From an uncultured archaeon (GTDB lineage: Archaea > Asgardarchaeota > Heimdallarchaeia > Heimdallarchaeales > Heimdallarchaeaceae), in NCBI GenBank assembly GCA_964549075.1, contig CAZJUB010000028.1:1-31075 (forward strand): 31,075 nucleotides of DNA, read 5' to 3'. This document shows, piece by piece, positions 8,665 through 18,362 of this stretch. A program made the position numbers and the translations under genes. The notes below the pieces were generated by a model, which was not told the origin of the DNA, made no database searches, and saw nothing but the letters and a program-made list of their open reading frames with translations. Numbering within the stretch: position 1 is the stretch's first letter; each line of letters opens with the position of its first letter.

Positions 8665-9591
8665 ATGAGTAAACATGTTGTTTCTGTCTCTCTTGGTTCT
8701 TCAACAAGAGATTACAAACGTGAATACACTCTCGCTAATGAAACAATCCTTGTAGAAAGAATTGGTACAAATGGAGATATGAAGAAATATAAAGAGCTTA
8801 TTGAAAGTCTAGATGGAAAAGTTGATGCTTTTGGTATAGGTGGAACAGATTTATACCTAAGAAGGGAGGATGATTTATATAAAATCCGAGACATTTGGAA
8901 AAAATTGATTGTTAACGTCAAAGAAACGCCTATGGTTGACGGTGGAGGAATGAAGAAAACCTTAGAAGGGAATATAATGCAATATGTTGAAAAGAAACTT
9001 CCTGAAGAGGTTGAAGAAGATAGATCTTCATTAGCAATGTGTGCGGTTGACAGGTGGCATCAAGCAGAAAGCGTTTGGGAGTTTGTAGGAAGGAACAAGA
9101 AATTAATTACTTTTGGTGATCTCTTATGGGGATTCAAATTAGGGATCCCCTTACATACAATGCGAGGAGTTAGAATACTAGCAAAAATACTGCTTCCTTT
9201 AGTATGTAGATTACCATTTAGTATGCTTTATCCAACAGGAGAAAAACAAGAGGTAAATAAACCCTCTTTCACAAAATATTTCAGACGTGCAAAATGGATT
9301 GCAGGAGATTTCTTATTTATCAAACGTAACATGCCTTTAGATGGGATGAAAGGGAAAATACTAATAACAAATACTACAACTTCCGATGATTTACAGCAAT
9401 TAAAGGAAATAGGAGTAAAATACATTATAACTTCAACACCTAGAATAGAAGGAAGATCATTCGGAACTAACGCTCTTGAAGCTGCTATTGTTGCACTAAG
9501 TGGAGAGAATAGAGAACTTACAAGAACTGAATATGAAGAATTTCTTAAAAAACTCAAAATTGAACCAGTCATTGAGAAATTGCAGGCGTAA
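8665..9591 (+). CDS. Conserved protein of the family auto-annotated 'quinate 5-dehydrogenase' (true function unknown)
   Basis: HVVSVSLGSSTRD, ERIGTNGD, DGKVDAFGIGG, VDGGGMKKTLE, FGDL, LPFSMLYPTG, IAGDF, ITNTTT and GRSFGTN(ALEA) are the blocks I recognise from bacterial members of this family. Confidence 0.75.
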   Translation: MSKHVVSVSLGSSTRDYKREYTLANETILVERIGTNGDMKKYKELIESLDGKVDAFGIGGTDLYLRREDDLYKIRDIWKKLIVNVKETPMVDGGGMKKTLEGNIMQYVEKKLPEEVEEDRSSLAMCAVDRWHQAESVWEFVGRNKKLITFGDLLWGFKLGIPLHTMRGVRILAKILLPLVCRLPFSMLYPTGEKQEVNKPSFTKYFRRAKWIAGDFLFIKRNMPLDGMKGKILITNTTTSDDLQQLKEIGVKYIITSTPRIEGRSFGTNALEAAIVALSGENRELTRTEYEEFLKKLKIEPVIEKLQA

Positions 9592-9595
9592 ATGA

Positions 9596-10408
9596 ATGGA
9601 GAAATATAGTTCAATTATCTTTGCTGGACAAACTGAAAGAGATAAGATACTTTGTGAACAGGAAGGTGTCAAGAAAAAACCATTTTTGAGACTTGGCAAT
9701 AAAATCTTTATTGAGAGGATAGTTGAAGAGTTCTCAAAGTGTGAAGAGATAGGAGATATCTACGTTAGTGGAATGAACCAAAAGGAATGGAAAACAGATC
9801 TGCCTGTCAAATTAATTGATGACCAGAGTACTATTTTTCGAAAAGTTCTCAATATTTATGATAACTATATACAGAAAAAAAAGAACTATTCTGAGATAGT
9901 CGTATTATATTCTTGCGATGGTCCATTAATTAAAGCAGAGATGATATCTAGACATATACAAAGATGCAAAGATGTTTCAGATGGAGACTTGAGTGGAACA
10001 TTCTATTATGCTATTATAGAACGAGAGGTTATGGAAGATAAATTCCCCGATTCTAAAAGATCTTATGTTACTTTCAAAGAATTTGAAGTCTGTGGAGGAG
10101 ATTTAATCATCATAAATGTTGAAAAAATGCTAGTACATGAAAAATTAATTGATGATTTAGTAGAAAAAAGAAAAAATGTTTTAGCTCAGCTAATAGTACT
10201 TAATCCATTCCTCATCATACGTTTTCTATTGAAGAAATTATCAGTTTATAAGTTCATGAAATCTATCAATAGACGGGTATTCAAAATTGAAAAAGGAGTA
10301 TATGCTGTTCTTAGTGATGATCCCGAAGTAGCTATGGATGTTGATAAACCATTCCAACTTGAAGAAGTTAGAAGATATTATAACGAAAATAAAGAGTTGT
10401 ACGATTGA
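9596..10408 (+). CDS. MobA-like NTP-transferase (GT-A nucleotidyltransferase), paralogue 1
   Basis: IIFAG...KKPFLRLGNKIFIE, SCDGPLI, FPDSKRSY, CGGD, RKN, MDVDKP. Confidence 0.85.
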   Translation: MEKYSSIIFAGQTERDKILCEQEGVKKKPFLRLGNKIFIERIVEEFSKCEEIGDIYVSGMNQKEWKTDLPVKLIDDQSTIFRKVLNIYDNYIQKKKNYSEIVVLYSCDGPLIKAEMISRHIQRCKDVSDGDLSGTFYYAIIEREVMEDKFPDSKRSYVTFKEFEVCGGDLIIINVEKMLVHEKLIDDLVEKRKNVLAQLIVLNPFLIIRFLLKKLSVYKFMKSINRRVFKIEKGVYAVLSDDPEVAMDVDKPFQLEEVRRYYNENKELYD

Positions 10409-10436
10409 AGAATATTTATTAATATAATGGCAAGTT

Positions 10437-11015
10437 TTGTTTCTAATGATTGGATTCTTTCAAAAATTGGATAACTGGGATAAAAACTTTTCAAAACGAA
10501 TGGGAAGAACCTCTCCTAAAGTGAAAACTATAGCAAGCTTCTTAGCTTTATCTGGAAATGCACAACCATGGATATTTATCTCTGTTCTATTCTTAATTTT
10601 TGACATATTTTTCAAGAGCCAATCAGATAATTTAGCTCAGCTTTTAGTTATGGGAATAGGAGGTTTAACTGCTACTAGTGTTAAATACATAACTAAACGA
10701 AAGAGACCAGATGAAGAAGTAGCTTTAAAATATATCTCAACAGGAGATCAATACAGCTTCCCAAGCGGACACGCAACAAGGATGGGTATTTTAGCAATGT
10801 TCATGAGTTTATATTATCCAGCTTTTGGATGGATATTCATTTTGTGGGCAATAGGAGTTTGTTGGGCTCGTATATCTTTGCAAATTCATTATTTCCTTGA
10901 TATAACTGGTGGAGTATTAATTGGTTTAAGTTTTGGAGTAGTAACATATTTCTTGATGGATTATCTAGACGTAATACTTGATCCAGTAGCAAACTGGATA
11001 GCTTCATTGTTTTAA
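10437..11015 (+). CDS. PAP2-family membrane lipid phosphatase
   Basis: C1 KYITKRKRP, C2 SFPSGHA, C3 ARISLQIHYFLD; several TM helices. Start could be the ATG at 10446. Confidence 0.93.
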   Translation: MFLMIGFFQKLDNWDKNFSKRMGRTSPKVKTIASFLALSGNAQPWIFISVLFLIFDIFFKSQSDNLAQLLVMGIGGLTATSVKYITKRKRPDEEVALKYISTGDQYSFPSGHATRMGILAMFMSLYYPAFGWIFILWAIGVCWARISLQIHYFLDITGGVLIGLSFGVVTYFLMDYLDVILDPVANWIASLF

Positions 11016-11138
11016 ATTCTTTAATCTCATTATTGGGTCAACAAACACATATCTTATCTCAATTCTCCTGTCTAGTTTTATATATTTTACATCACTTATA
11101 ATTGAAAAGAGTTAAATTATAGTAATCTTCGTTTTCTT

Positions 11139-12416
11139 ATGACAGAACAAACTACTAATATTGATCCTTGGCAAATGGCCATTAAACAACTTGATAAAGT
11201 AGGAGAAATTCTAAAAATCGATGAGAATATTCTGAAATTACTAAAACATCCTATCAGAATTGTTGAATCCAATTTTCCTGTTGTTATGGATGATGGAAGA
11301 GTAGAGATTTTCACTGGATTTAGAGTACATCACACTGAAAATCTTCCTAATAAAGGAGGGATAAGATTTAGTCCAAATGTCACAAAAGAAGAAGTTATGG
11401 CTTTAGCTTTTTGGATGACTTTTAAATGTGCTGTGGTTGGTTTACCTTATTCTGGTGCTAAAGGTGGAGTGATTTGCAATCCTCGAGAAATGTCTCAAAA
11501 AGAAATAGAGAAAGTTACACGAAGATACACCTATCAAATGATTAATGTTTTCAATCCTAAAGGCGATATTCCTGCTCCAGACATAAATACTAATGCACAA
11601 ACCATGGCATGGATTTACGATAGTTATTCAATGTACAAAGGTCATTCAGAGTTAGGGGTTGTTACTGGTAAACCTGTTGAACTAGGCGGATCTCTTGGAA
11701 GAGCTTCTGCAACAGGAAGAGGAGTATTCTTTGTAACTCGTCAAGCTCTTCAAAAACTTGGACTTCCAGTAGAAGGTGCTACTGTAGCTATCCAAGGTTT
11801 TGGAAATGTTGGTTCTTGGTTTGCTCGAATCGTAGCTGAACACGGAGCTAAAGTTGTAGCTATTTCCGATTGGAAAGGTGGAATTTACAATGAAGCTGGT
11901 TTAGATGTAGAAGATCTTTACAAATATGTTTATGAAAATCCAGAAAATACCGATAAAACTGTTGTTGGTTATTCTAAAATCACTAAGAAAATCACTAACC
12001 AAGAATTGTTTGCTCTTGAAGTAGATGTTCTTGCACCTTGTGCAATTGAAGGTGTAATCACAAAAGATAATGCAGGCGATATAAAGGCAAAAATTCTAGT
12101 TGAAGGAGCAAATGGACCTACTACACCAGGAGCAGATGAGATTCTGCAGAAGAAAGAAATACTTGTTTTTCCAGATGTTTTAGCTAATGCAGGAGGAGTA
12201 ACAGTTAGTTACTTTGAATGGGTTCAAGGAAATGATGCGCTTTTCTGGAAAGAAGAAGAAGTAAATTCAAAGCTAGAAGAGATTATAGTAAGAGCTTTCG
12301 ACAGTGTTTATGATTATGCTGATAGTTGCTGTAACAAAGATTTTCGTACAGCTGCTTATGCAATAGCTCTTGAAAGAATAGTCAAACAATATGAACTGAG
12401 AGGAATTTACCCATAA
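11139..12416 (+). CDS. gdhA: Glutamate dehydrogenase (Glu/Leu/Phe/Val dehydrogenase family)
   Basis: KGGIRF, MTFKCA, GAKGGV, DIPAPD, VTGKP, ATGRG, IQGFGNVG, EGANGP, NAGGVTVSYFEW. Confidence 0.96.
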   Translation: MTEQTTNIDPWQMAIKQLDKVGEILKIDENILKLLKHPIRIVESNFPVVMDDGRVEIFTGFRVHHTENLPNKGGIRFSPNVTKEEVMALAFWMTFKCAVVGLPYSGAKGGVICNPREMSQKEIEKVTRRYTYQMINVFNPKGDIPAPDINTNAQTMAWIYDSYSMYKGHSELGVVTGKPVELGGSLGRASATGRGVFFVTRQALQKLGLPVEGATVAIQGFGNVGSWFARIVAEHGAKVVAISDWKGGIYNEAGLDVEDLYKYVYENPENTDKTVVGYSKITKKITNQELFALEVDVLAPCAIEGVITKDNAGDIKAKILVEGANGPTTPGADEILQKKEILVFPDVLANAGGVTVSYFEWVQGNDALFWKEEEVNSKLEEIIVRAFDSVYDYADSCCNKDFRTAAYAIALERIVKQYELRGIYP

Positions 12417-12436
12417 AATCAAGGTTAAATATCCTC

Positions 12437-12450
12437 TTTTTTTATTTTTT
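12437..12450 (+). terminator. Oligo-T archaeal terminator after gdhA
   Basis: TTTTTTTATTTTTT 20 nt after the stop, between convergent genes. Confidence 0.6.
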
Positions 12451-12463
12451 ATCTTGTTGTGGG

Positions 12464-13300
12464 CTACGTTAGTATTGCTGCTATCAAAGGTTCAATGAAA
12501 TTATCCAAGAACATCATAATTACAAAACCAATAATCACTCCGTAAGTAACTTGTCTTGCATGTTTTTTAGTGTGCGTCTCAGGAATAATCTCATCAACTA
12601 CTACAAAAATCATAGCACCTGCAGCGAAGGCCATACCAAATCCTAAAAAGAAATGTGCAACAGTAACAGCTGAAACTCCAATCACAGCCCCAAACGGCTC
12701 CACTAATCCTGTAAAAGCAGCAATCATAAAAGCTTTCTTCTTTGAATAACCTTCACGTAATAATGGCATAGCAACAGCTGTTCCTTCTGGGATATTCTGC
12801 AATCCTATTGCTATGGCAACTACTGAACCTCCTGATATATCTCCATTACCATAACTTACTCCTACTGCTAAACCTTCAGGAAAATTGTGTATTGTGATAG
12901 CGATAATAAACAACCAAGTTGCAGCTAATCGCTTACTAACAGTACCTTCAGGTCCAGTTATAAAATGTTTATGAGGTGCCCATTTATCTATAAGATCTAT
13001 AAATATCATTCCAATAATTACACCTAGTGAAACAATCCAAATATTATCTAAGATGAAGGATGAACCAATGGTAATTGGAGGAACAGTTTCAGGATCTAAA
13101 GCTGGTACTAATAAACTGAATGCAGAAGCAGCAAGCATTACTCCAGCAGCAAAACCTAGAAGTAAGTCTAAAGTCTTATCACTAATATCCTTTTTAAAAA
13201 AAACTGGTATTGCTCCAATAGCAGTTGCTAATCCTGCTGCCAAGGAACCACCAGTACCTATCAATATAATTTGCCAAGTAGCTAAAGCCATACTAACCAC
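12464..13300 (-). CDS. ZIP-family divalent metal transporter (GufA/ZupT-like)
   Basis: GFAAGVML, HNFPEGLAVG, QNIPEG, GLVEP, AAGAMIFVVVDEIIPE. Start may be the ATG at 13291. Confidence 0.95.
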   Translation of the reverse strand: MVSMALATWQIILIGTGGSLAAGLATAIGAIPVFFKKDISDKTLDLLLGFAAGVMLAASAFSLLVPALDPETVPPITIGSSFILDNIWIVSLGVIIGMIFIDLIDKWAPHKHFITGPEGTVSKRLAATWLFIIAITIHNFPEGLAVGVSYGNGDISGGSVVAIAIGLQNIPEGTAVAMPLLREGYSKKKAFMIAAFTGLVEPFGAVIGVSAVTVAHFFLGFGMAFAAGAMIFVVVDEIIPETHTKKHARQVTYGVIIGFVIMMFLDNFIEPLIAAILT

Positions 13301-13412
13301 TTTGTAATTTTACTACTATCTCTACTATAATAATAACCTTTTGTATAGCTAAAAATAGTTCTTTATTTGATTAATTATATAAAGGTTTTAGCGTATTTTT
13401 ATTTTGATATAA

Positions 13413-14333
13413 ATGTTGAACATAGAGGAAACCTCTTCAAAGCAAATGGAGGGTATGTTAGTTTATGATCCTTTTGCTGAAGTTCGTACTAAAGTACGCG
13501 TAAGGAGAGCTGGTTCTTGGTACAACATTAGCCTTATCGATATTAATACTAATCCCAGATATGATTACACTTTGATCTGTGTACATGGATGGGGATCTTC
13601 ATGTTTGAACTTCAGATTCCTAATGCGAGATCTTAGTCCTTATTTCAGAATTGTAGCATATGATTTGAAAGGACATGGAGAATCTGCAAAAGGAGAAGAT
13701 AGTTATGATCTAGGAATGTTTACAGAAGAACTAGCTCAGGTAATAGATTATATTCAACCTGAGAAACTGATTCTTGTAGGACATTCGATGGGAACAGCAA
13801 TTGTAATGAACTATTTATCTTTAAATCAGTCTAGAGTTGAAGCTGCGATTATACTTTCTGGAGCAGCTAATTTCCGAGAACCTTTTCCGAAAATCATACC
13901 TTGGTTAATTTTCAGAATGGATGAGAAAATTAAGAATTTCATAGTTTCACTAGCAATGTCTTTTACGAGTTCAAAAAGCGTTCCTGAAGAATTGAAAAAT
14001 GCAATCAAAGAACAATTTTCTAAAGTTCCTTATCATGTTATGAGGAAATCTTTATTGAATACTGTATTTGCTTGGAAAAAAGCGGAAAATCTGCGCAAAA
14101 TAAAAGATCCGATACTATTAATGATTGGTGATAAAGATCCATTAGTTAAGATAAGACATACTGTAGAACTAAGCGCTTTATTATCTAATTCACGATTAGT
14201 TATTTTACCTGATTCAAAGCATGATATTCTTCTTGATAAAGGTACAGAAATCTCAGATTTAGTTAAAGAATTCATAGAGTTCCAGATTGACTTAAAAAGT
14301 GTTGAGAATTTAAAATTTGAAAATAATCAATAA
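13413..14333 (+). CDS. Alpha/beta hydrolase
   Basis: HGWG, DLKGHGES, GHSMG nucleophile, GDKD acid, SKH histidine. Confidence 0.93.
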   Translation: MLNIEETSSKQMEGMLVYDPFAEVRTKVRVRRAGSWYNISLIDINTNPRYDYTLICVHGWGSSCLNFRFLMRDLSPYFRIVAYDLKGHGESAKGEDSYDLGMFTEELAQVIDYIQPEKLILVGHSMGTAIVMNYLSLNQSRVEAAIILSGAANFREPFPKIIPWLIFRMDEKIKNFIVSLAMSFTSSKSVPEELKNAIKEQFSKVPYHVMRKSLLNTVFAWKKAENLRKIKDPILLMIGDKDPLVKIRHTVELSALLSNSRLVILPDSKHDILLDKGTEISDLVKEFIEFQIDLKSVENLKFENNQ

Positions 14334-14360
14334 GATACAATTAACTTGACATTGGTTTTT

Positions 14361-15062
14361 TTATGAGATCCACCATGGCCCTTCATTAGAGATAAACAGT
14401 ACTGGTTGACCTGTTTCCAAACAAAGTATATATCTTTCAAATTCTGTTCCTGTACCTGCTAAAGGCGCATAGATATCAGAAATATTTACAAATTGAGTGA
14501 TTAATATGAAAGTAGAATTATTTTCATAAAGAAAATCTATAATATCAGGAATCATCCAATTTTGTGGATTATTATATAGTGGAATTGTTGAATTAGCTCT
14601 ATATTCTAAAGAAGTAAAATTGTAATAAAACATGAAAATTGGATAAAAACTACTAATATTATACATTAAAAGAAAAACACTTTTAGTTATTTCTGGATAA
14701 ACATCACCAATATATGTGAAATTATGATACCTAAAGGAATTCTCTTCATATTCAGAAGTATTTAACTCCTCTACATACTTTAATTCTTTTTCAGTATAAT
14801 AAGTCACGTTGAGTACCATATTTCTTGAATCATTTTCTAAATCATCAAAATATACAGCTTGTCCTGTAATGTTTTCAAAATAGTAAAGTAAAGCTAGATA
14901 ATTTTCATCAGGATAATTCCTTGTTATCAGACTTGTAAATTTATTTGGATCTAGTTCGTATTCAGTATTTTCGGGAGAAAAAGGATAATAAACTAAAACT
15001 AAGGTTAGAGTAATTGTTATTAAAACAAAAGATACACTACCTATTAGAATCTTTTTTTTCAT
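14361..15062 (-). CDS. Membrane-anchored or secreted hypothetical glycoprotein
   Basis: MKKKILIGSVSFVLITITLTLVLVYY signal anchor if started at ATG 15062 (the track extends to 15110); 11 N-x-S/T sequons counted. Confidence 0.7.
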   Translation of the reverse strand: MKKKILIGSVSFVLITITLTLVLVYYPFSPENTEYELDPNKFTSLITRNYPDENYLALLYYFENITGQAVYFDDLENDSRNMVLNVTYYTEKELKYVEELNTSEYEENSFRYHNFTYIGDVYPEITKSVFLLMYNISSFYPIFMFYYNFTSLEYRANSTIPLYNNPQNWMIPDIIDFLYENNSTFILITQFVNISDIYAPLAGTGTEFERYILCLETGQPVLFISNEGPWWIS

Positions 15063-15274
15063 CAAATAACCATAATAGAATATGATATTAAAGTTGATTG
15101 TGTTTTTCAAAACACAATCTTCTTCTTAATCCAGAACTAATAACTGTAAAAAATCAATGTCAATCCAACAAACGTTTCCTTTTTTTTCTACTCTTATAAT
15201 TACAAATTGTATCAATTAACAATTTTTTAGCTCCAATTAGCAAACTTCAAAAATACACTAATGTTCTTGAAATT

Positions 15275-17059
15275 ATGACTAAAAGTATTATTGCTTGGGA
15301 TTTGTCTGAGCTTTACAAAAGTATTGAAGATCCAAAGATTAAGGATGATATGAAAATAATCGAGCGCTTAGCTCAAGATTTTAGAAAAGAAGTAAAAGGT
15401 AACCTCTCATCTGAAAATCTTACAGCTTCTCAGTTAGCAAATTATTTTAAATTTTATGAGGAGATTGCTGAAGCAAATTTTTATCTTAGTTTGTTTTCAA
15501 GCTTAATTTATTCTACCACTTCTTTAGATGATGCTGTAAAAAACATTCATTCAATGATTCAAGAGTTTAGCTCTAATATTGAAGAACAGTTGATTTTCTT
15601 TGAATTAGAACTAAATGAAATTAGTGATAAGAGGTTTGACAAGTTATTAAATTCTAAAGAATTAGAAAACTATAAACATGAATTATTTTTTAATCGCAAG
15701 AAAAAACCACATCAGCTTTCGGAAAAAGAAGAACAGATAATTTTAATGAAAGACATCACAGGTCAAGAAGGTTTTATCAAACTTTATGGAGAACTTGAAA
15801 GTGGTTTTACTTACGAATTTGAGTATAAGGGAGAAACCAAAACTTATACTACTTCAGAGCTTTTTGCTTACATGTATAATCAAGATAAAAACGTTCGAAA
15901 ACGAGCTTTGAAAGCAATAGTCAATAAATATTTGGAGAACGAGTTAATTTTTGTTCATATATATAATAATGTTTTGAAGGATTGGCAACTAGAGAACAAA
16001 AGAAGAAATTATAGTGAACCAATCTCAAGAAGAAACTTAGCTAATGAAGTGAGTGATGAAGCTGTAAAAACACTAGGAGAAGTAACTTCTAGCAGTAATT
16101 TCGTTGTTGAAAGATATTACAATTTAAAAGAGAAAATGTTGAATTTAAAAGAATTAAGAATGTCAGATATTTATGCACCAGTTGGTGAGATTGAGAAAAA
16201 ATACACTTACGAAGAAGCAATTAAACTTGTCCACACAGCTGACGCTGAATTTGATTCTAGTTTTGCATCGATTGTTGATGAGATGTATAAGAGAAAACAC
16301 ATTGATGTTACACCCAGAAAAGGTAAACAAGGAGGAGCTTATTGTAGCTATGGAAAGCAAAAGAAATATCCTTATGTTTTTGTTAATTTTACTGGAGATA
16401 TAGATTCTGTTCTAACCTTAGCACATGAATTAGGTCATGCAATTCATCATTATCACATCCAACAAAAACAGACCATGATAAACATAGGATCTTCTTTACC
16501 CGTAGCTGAGATTGCATCAGTATTCAATGAGATGATCGCATTTGATTATTTAATCAAACAAGACCTCTCCAAAGAAGAAAAAATGATCTTACTAGCAAAT
16601 CATATAGAAAGTAATTTTGCTACATCCCACAGGCAGAATGCGTTCTATCATTTCGAAAAGAGATTGCATGAGTTGATGAAAACTAAACTTCCTACAGCAC
16701 AAGACTATAAGGATCTATATGTAGAAGAGATGGAAAAGATGTTCGGTAATTCTGTTTCTCATATCAAGGAAGATTATGCAAGTTATTGGAGTGTTGTAAG
16801 TCATTTTATTCATGTTCCTTTCTATGTTTACGCTTATAATATGTCTAATTTGTTAGTGATTGCCTTATATCAAACATATTTAGAACAAGGAAAGAAATTC
16901 GTTCCTAAATTTATCAACATGTTATCTGTAGGTACCTCCCTCACTCCTGCTGAAATGCTAGCAGAAATGGATATAGATTTAGATGAACCAACTTTCTGGA
17001 ATAAAGGGATTGACTATTTAAAAAATAAAATTGATGAACTTGAGGATTTACTCTCTTAA
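15275..17059 (+). CDS. pepF: M3 family oligoendopeptidase F
   Basis: WDLSELY N-terminus, KGKQGGAYC, TLAHELGHAIH, AEIASVFNE, HFIHVPFYVYAY. Confidence 0.93.
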   Translation: MTKSIIAWDLSELYKSIEDPKIKDDMKIIERLAQDFRKEVKGNLSSENLTASQLANYFKFYEEIAEANFYLSLFSSLIYSTTSLDDAVKNIHSMIQEFSSNIEEQLIFFELELNEISDKRFDKLLNSKELENYKHELFFNRKKKPHQLSEKEEQIILMKDITGQEGFIKLYGELESGFTYEFEYKGETKTYTTSELFAYMYNQDKNVRKRALKAIVNKYLENELIFVHIYNNVLKDWQLENKRRNYSEPISRRNLANEVSDEAVKTLGEVTSSSNFVVERYYNLKEKMLNLKELRMSDIYAPVGEIEKKYTYEEAIKLVHTADAEFDSSFASIVDEMYKRKHIDVTPRKGKQGGAYCSYGKQKKYPYVFVNFTGDIDSVLTLAHELGHAIHHYHIQQKQTMINIGSSLPVAEIASVFNEMIAFDYLIKQDLSKEEKMILLANHIESNFATSHRQNAFYHFEKRLHELMKTKLPTAQDYKDLYVEEMEKMFGNSVSHIKEDYASYWSVVSHFIHVPFYVYAYNMSNLLVIALYQTYLEQGKKFVPKFINMLSVGTSLTPAEMLAEMDIDLDEPTFWNKGIDYLKNKIDELEDLLS

Positions 17060-17165
17060 TCCCTTCATCATAAATTTTTAAAGGAAATAGACTATTCAAA
17101 TAGTAATTTGTGAATGATTTCTAGAATAAAGACAAATTTGAAATAGAACTGACAAATTTTTTCAT

Positions 17166-17819
17166 ATGAAGTTAACGGATTTTCATAGCCATACCTATTT
17201 ATCAGATGGAGTTTTAGGACCTGCTGAGCACATTAGGAGATTAATAGTACAAGGTTTAGATGCAATAGCTATAACTGATCATGTAGATTCTAGTACAATC
17301 GATTTTGTATTAGATTCATTAGATAAAATAAGATATGATTTCGAAGAGTATATCACTTTCTTACCTGGGGTGGAAATAACTCATGTTCTTCCTTCTCAGA
17401 TTCCTATTCTTGCTAGAGAAGCAAAACAAAGAAATTTTCTTGTTGTTGTTCATGGAGAAACTATAATGGAACCTGTTGTCTCAGGGACTAACGAAGCTGC
17501 TGTTAAATGCTCAGATGTCGATATTCTTGCACATCCTGGAATTTTATCTTTTAAAGAAGCAAAATGGGCAAAAGATAATGAAGTGTTTCTTGAAATTACT
17601 ACAAGAGGTACTCATGGGTTAACAAATGGTCTAGTTGCAGACTTGGCAATGAAAACAGGAGCTAAAATGGTTCTTAATACCGATTCTCATGCACCTAAAG
17701 ATTTTCTTACTCTTAAATTACAAGAAAATACCGCTCTTGGAGCTAATATTCCTCGAAATCTATTCGAAGAAATTTTTGCCAAGAATCCAGAAGAATTAAT
17801 AAAGAGAGTAATAAAGTAA
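17166..17819 (+). CDS. PHP-domain phosphoesterase (archaeal histidinol-phosphatase-like family)
   Basis: DFHSHT, SDG, AITDH, GVEITH, VHGET, ILAHPG, NTDSH. Confidence 0.92.
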   Translation: MKLTDFHSHTYLSDGVLGPAEHIRRLIVQGLDAIAITDHVDSSTIDFVLDSLDKIRYDFEEYITFLPGVEITHVLPSQIPILAREAKQRNFLVVVHGETIMEPVVSGTNEAAVKCSDVDILAHPGILSFKEAKWAKDNEVFLEITTRGTHGLTNGLVADLAMKTGAKMVLNTDSHAPKDFLTLKLQENTALGANIPRNLFEEIFAKNPEELIKRVIK

Positions 17820-17828
17820 GGCAGGAAA

Positions 17829-18362
17829 ATGTCAAAAGAATTTAAGTTAAGTGAGAGATCAATTGTAGCTAGACATAGGAAACGAACATTTTTTTTCAGA
17901 ATTTTTAACAAACTAGCAAATGGAATTTTTATATTTCTGTACGAAATATACTTGCTTCCAATTTTTGGTATTGGTAATAAAATGGTCTTAGTTCATACTA
18001 TAGGTCGAAAAACTGGAAAAAAACGAACGACGCCTACATTAATATTTACTTTCTATACAGGAAAATTCACACTGTATGTTGCTAGAGGAAAGAAATCCGA
18101 TTGGTTACAAAATATTTTAGCTACCGAAAATAAAATAATAGAAATTCAAAATGGTTTCAAGAAATGGAAAGTTAAAGCTACACTAATTGAAAATCCATCT
18201 GAGAAATCTAAACATTTAAGGCAGTATTTTGAAGAATTTCCTGAAGCAAAGACTATTTTCGGTTATGATAAGAAGAAACATGGAGATGTGTTTTATTCTG
18301 AAGAATACAAAAAAATTCTTGATATTGTTGAGTTTGTCCAACTTACTCCAGTAGTTGAGTAG
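17829..18362 (+). CDS. Deazaflavin (F420)-dependent nitroreductase (Ddn/FDOR-A) family protein
   Basis: LVHTIGRKTGKKRTTP, VARGKKSDWLQNI. Confidence 0.75.
   Translation: MSKEFKLSERSIVARHRKRTFFFRIFNKLANGIFIFLYEIYLLPIFGIGNKMVLVHTIGRKTGKKRTTPTLIFTFYTGKFTLYVARGKKSDWLQNILATENKIIEIQNGFKKWKVKATLIENPSEKSKHLRQYFEEFPEAKTIFGYDKKKHGDVFYSEEYKKILDIVEFVQLTPVVE

Noticed and set aside
8665-9591. Literal quinate/shikimate dehydrogenase function
   Set aside because: No GxGGxx Rossmann motif in shikimate-dehydrogenase context and no aro genes nearby; the name is treated as a propagated family label.
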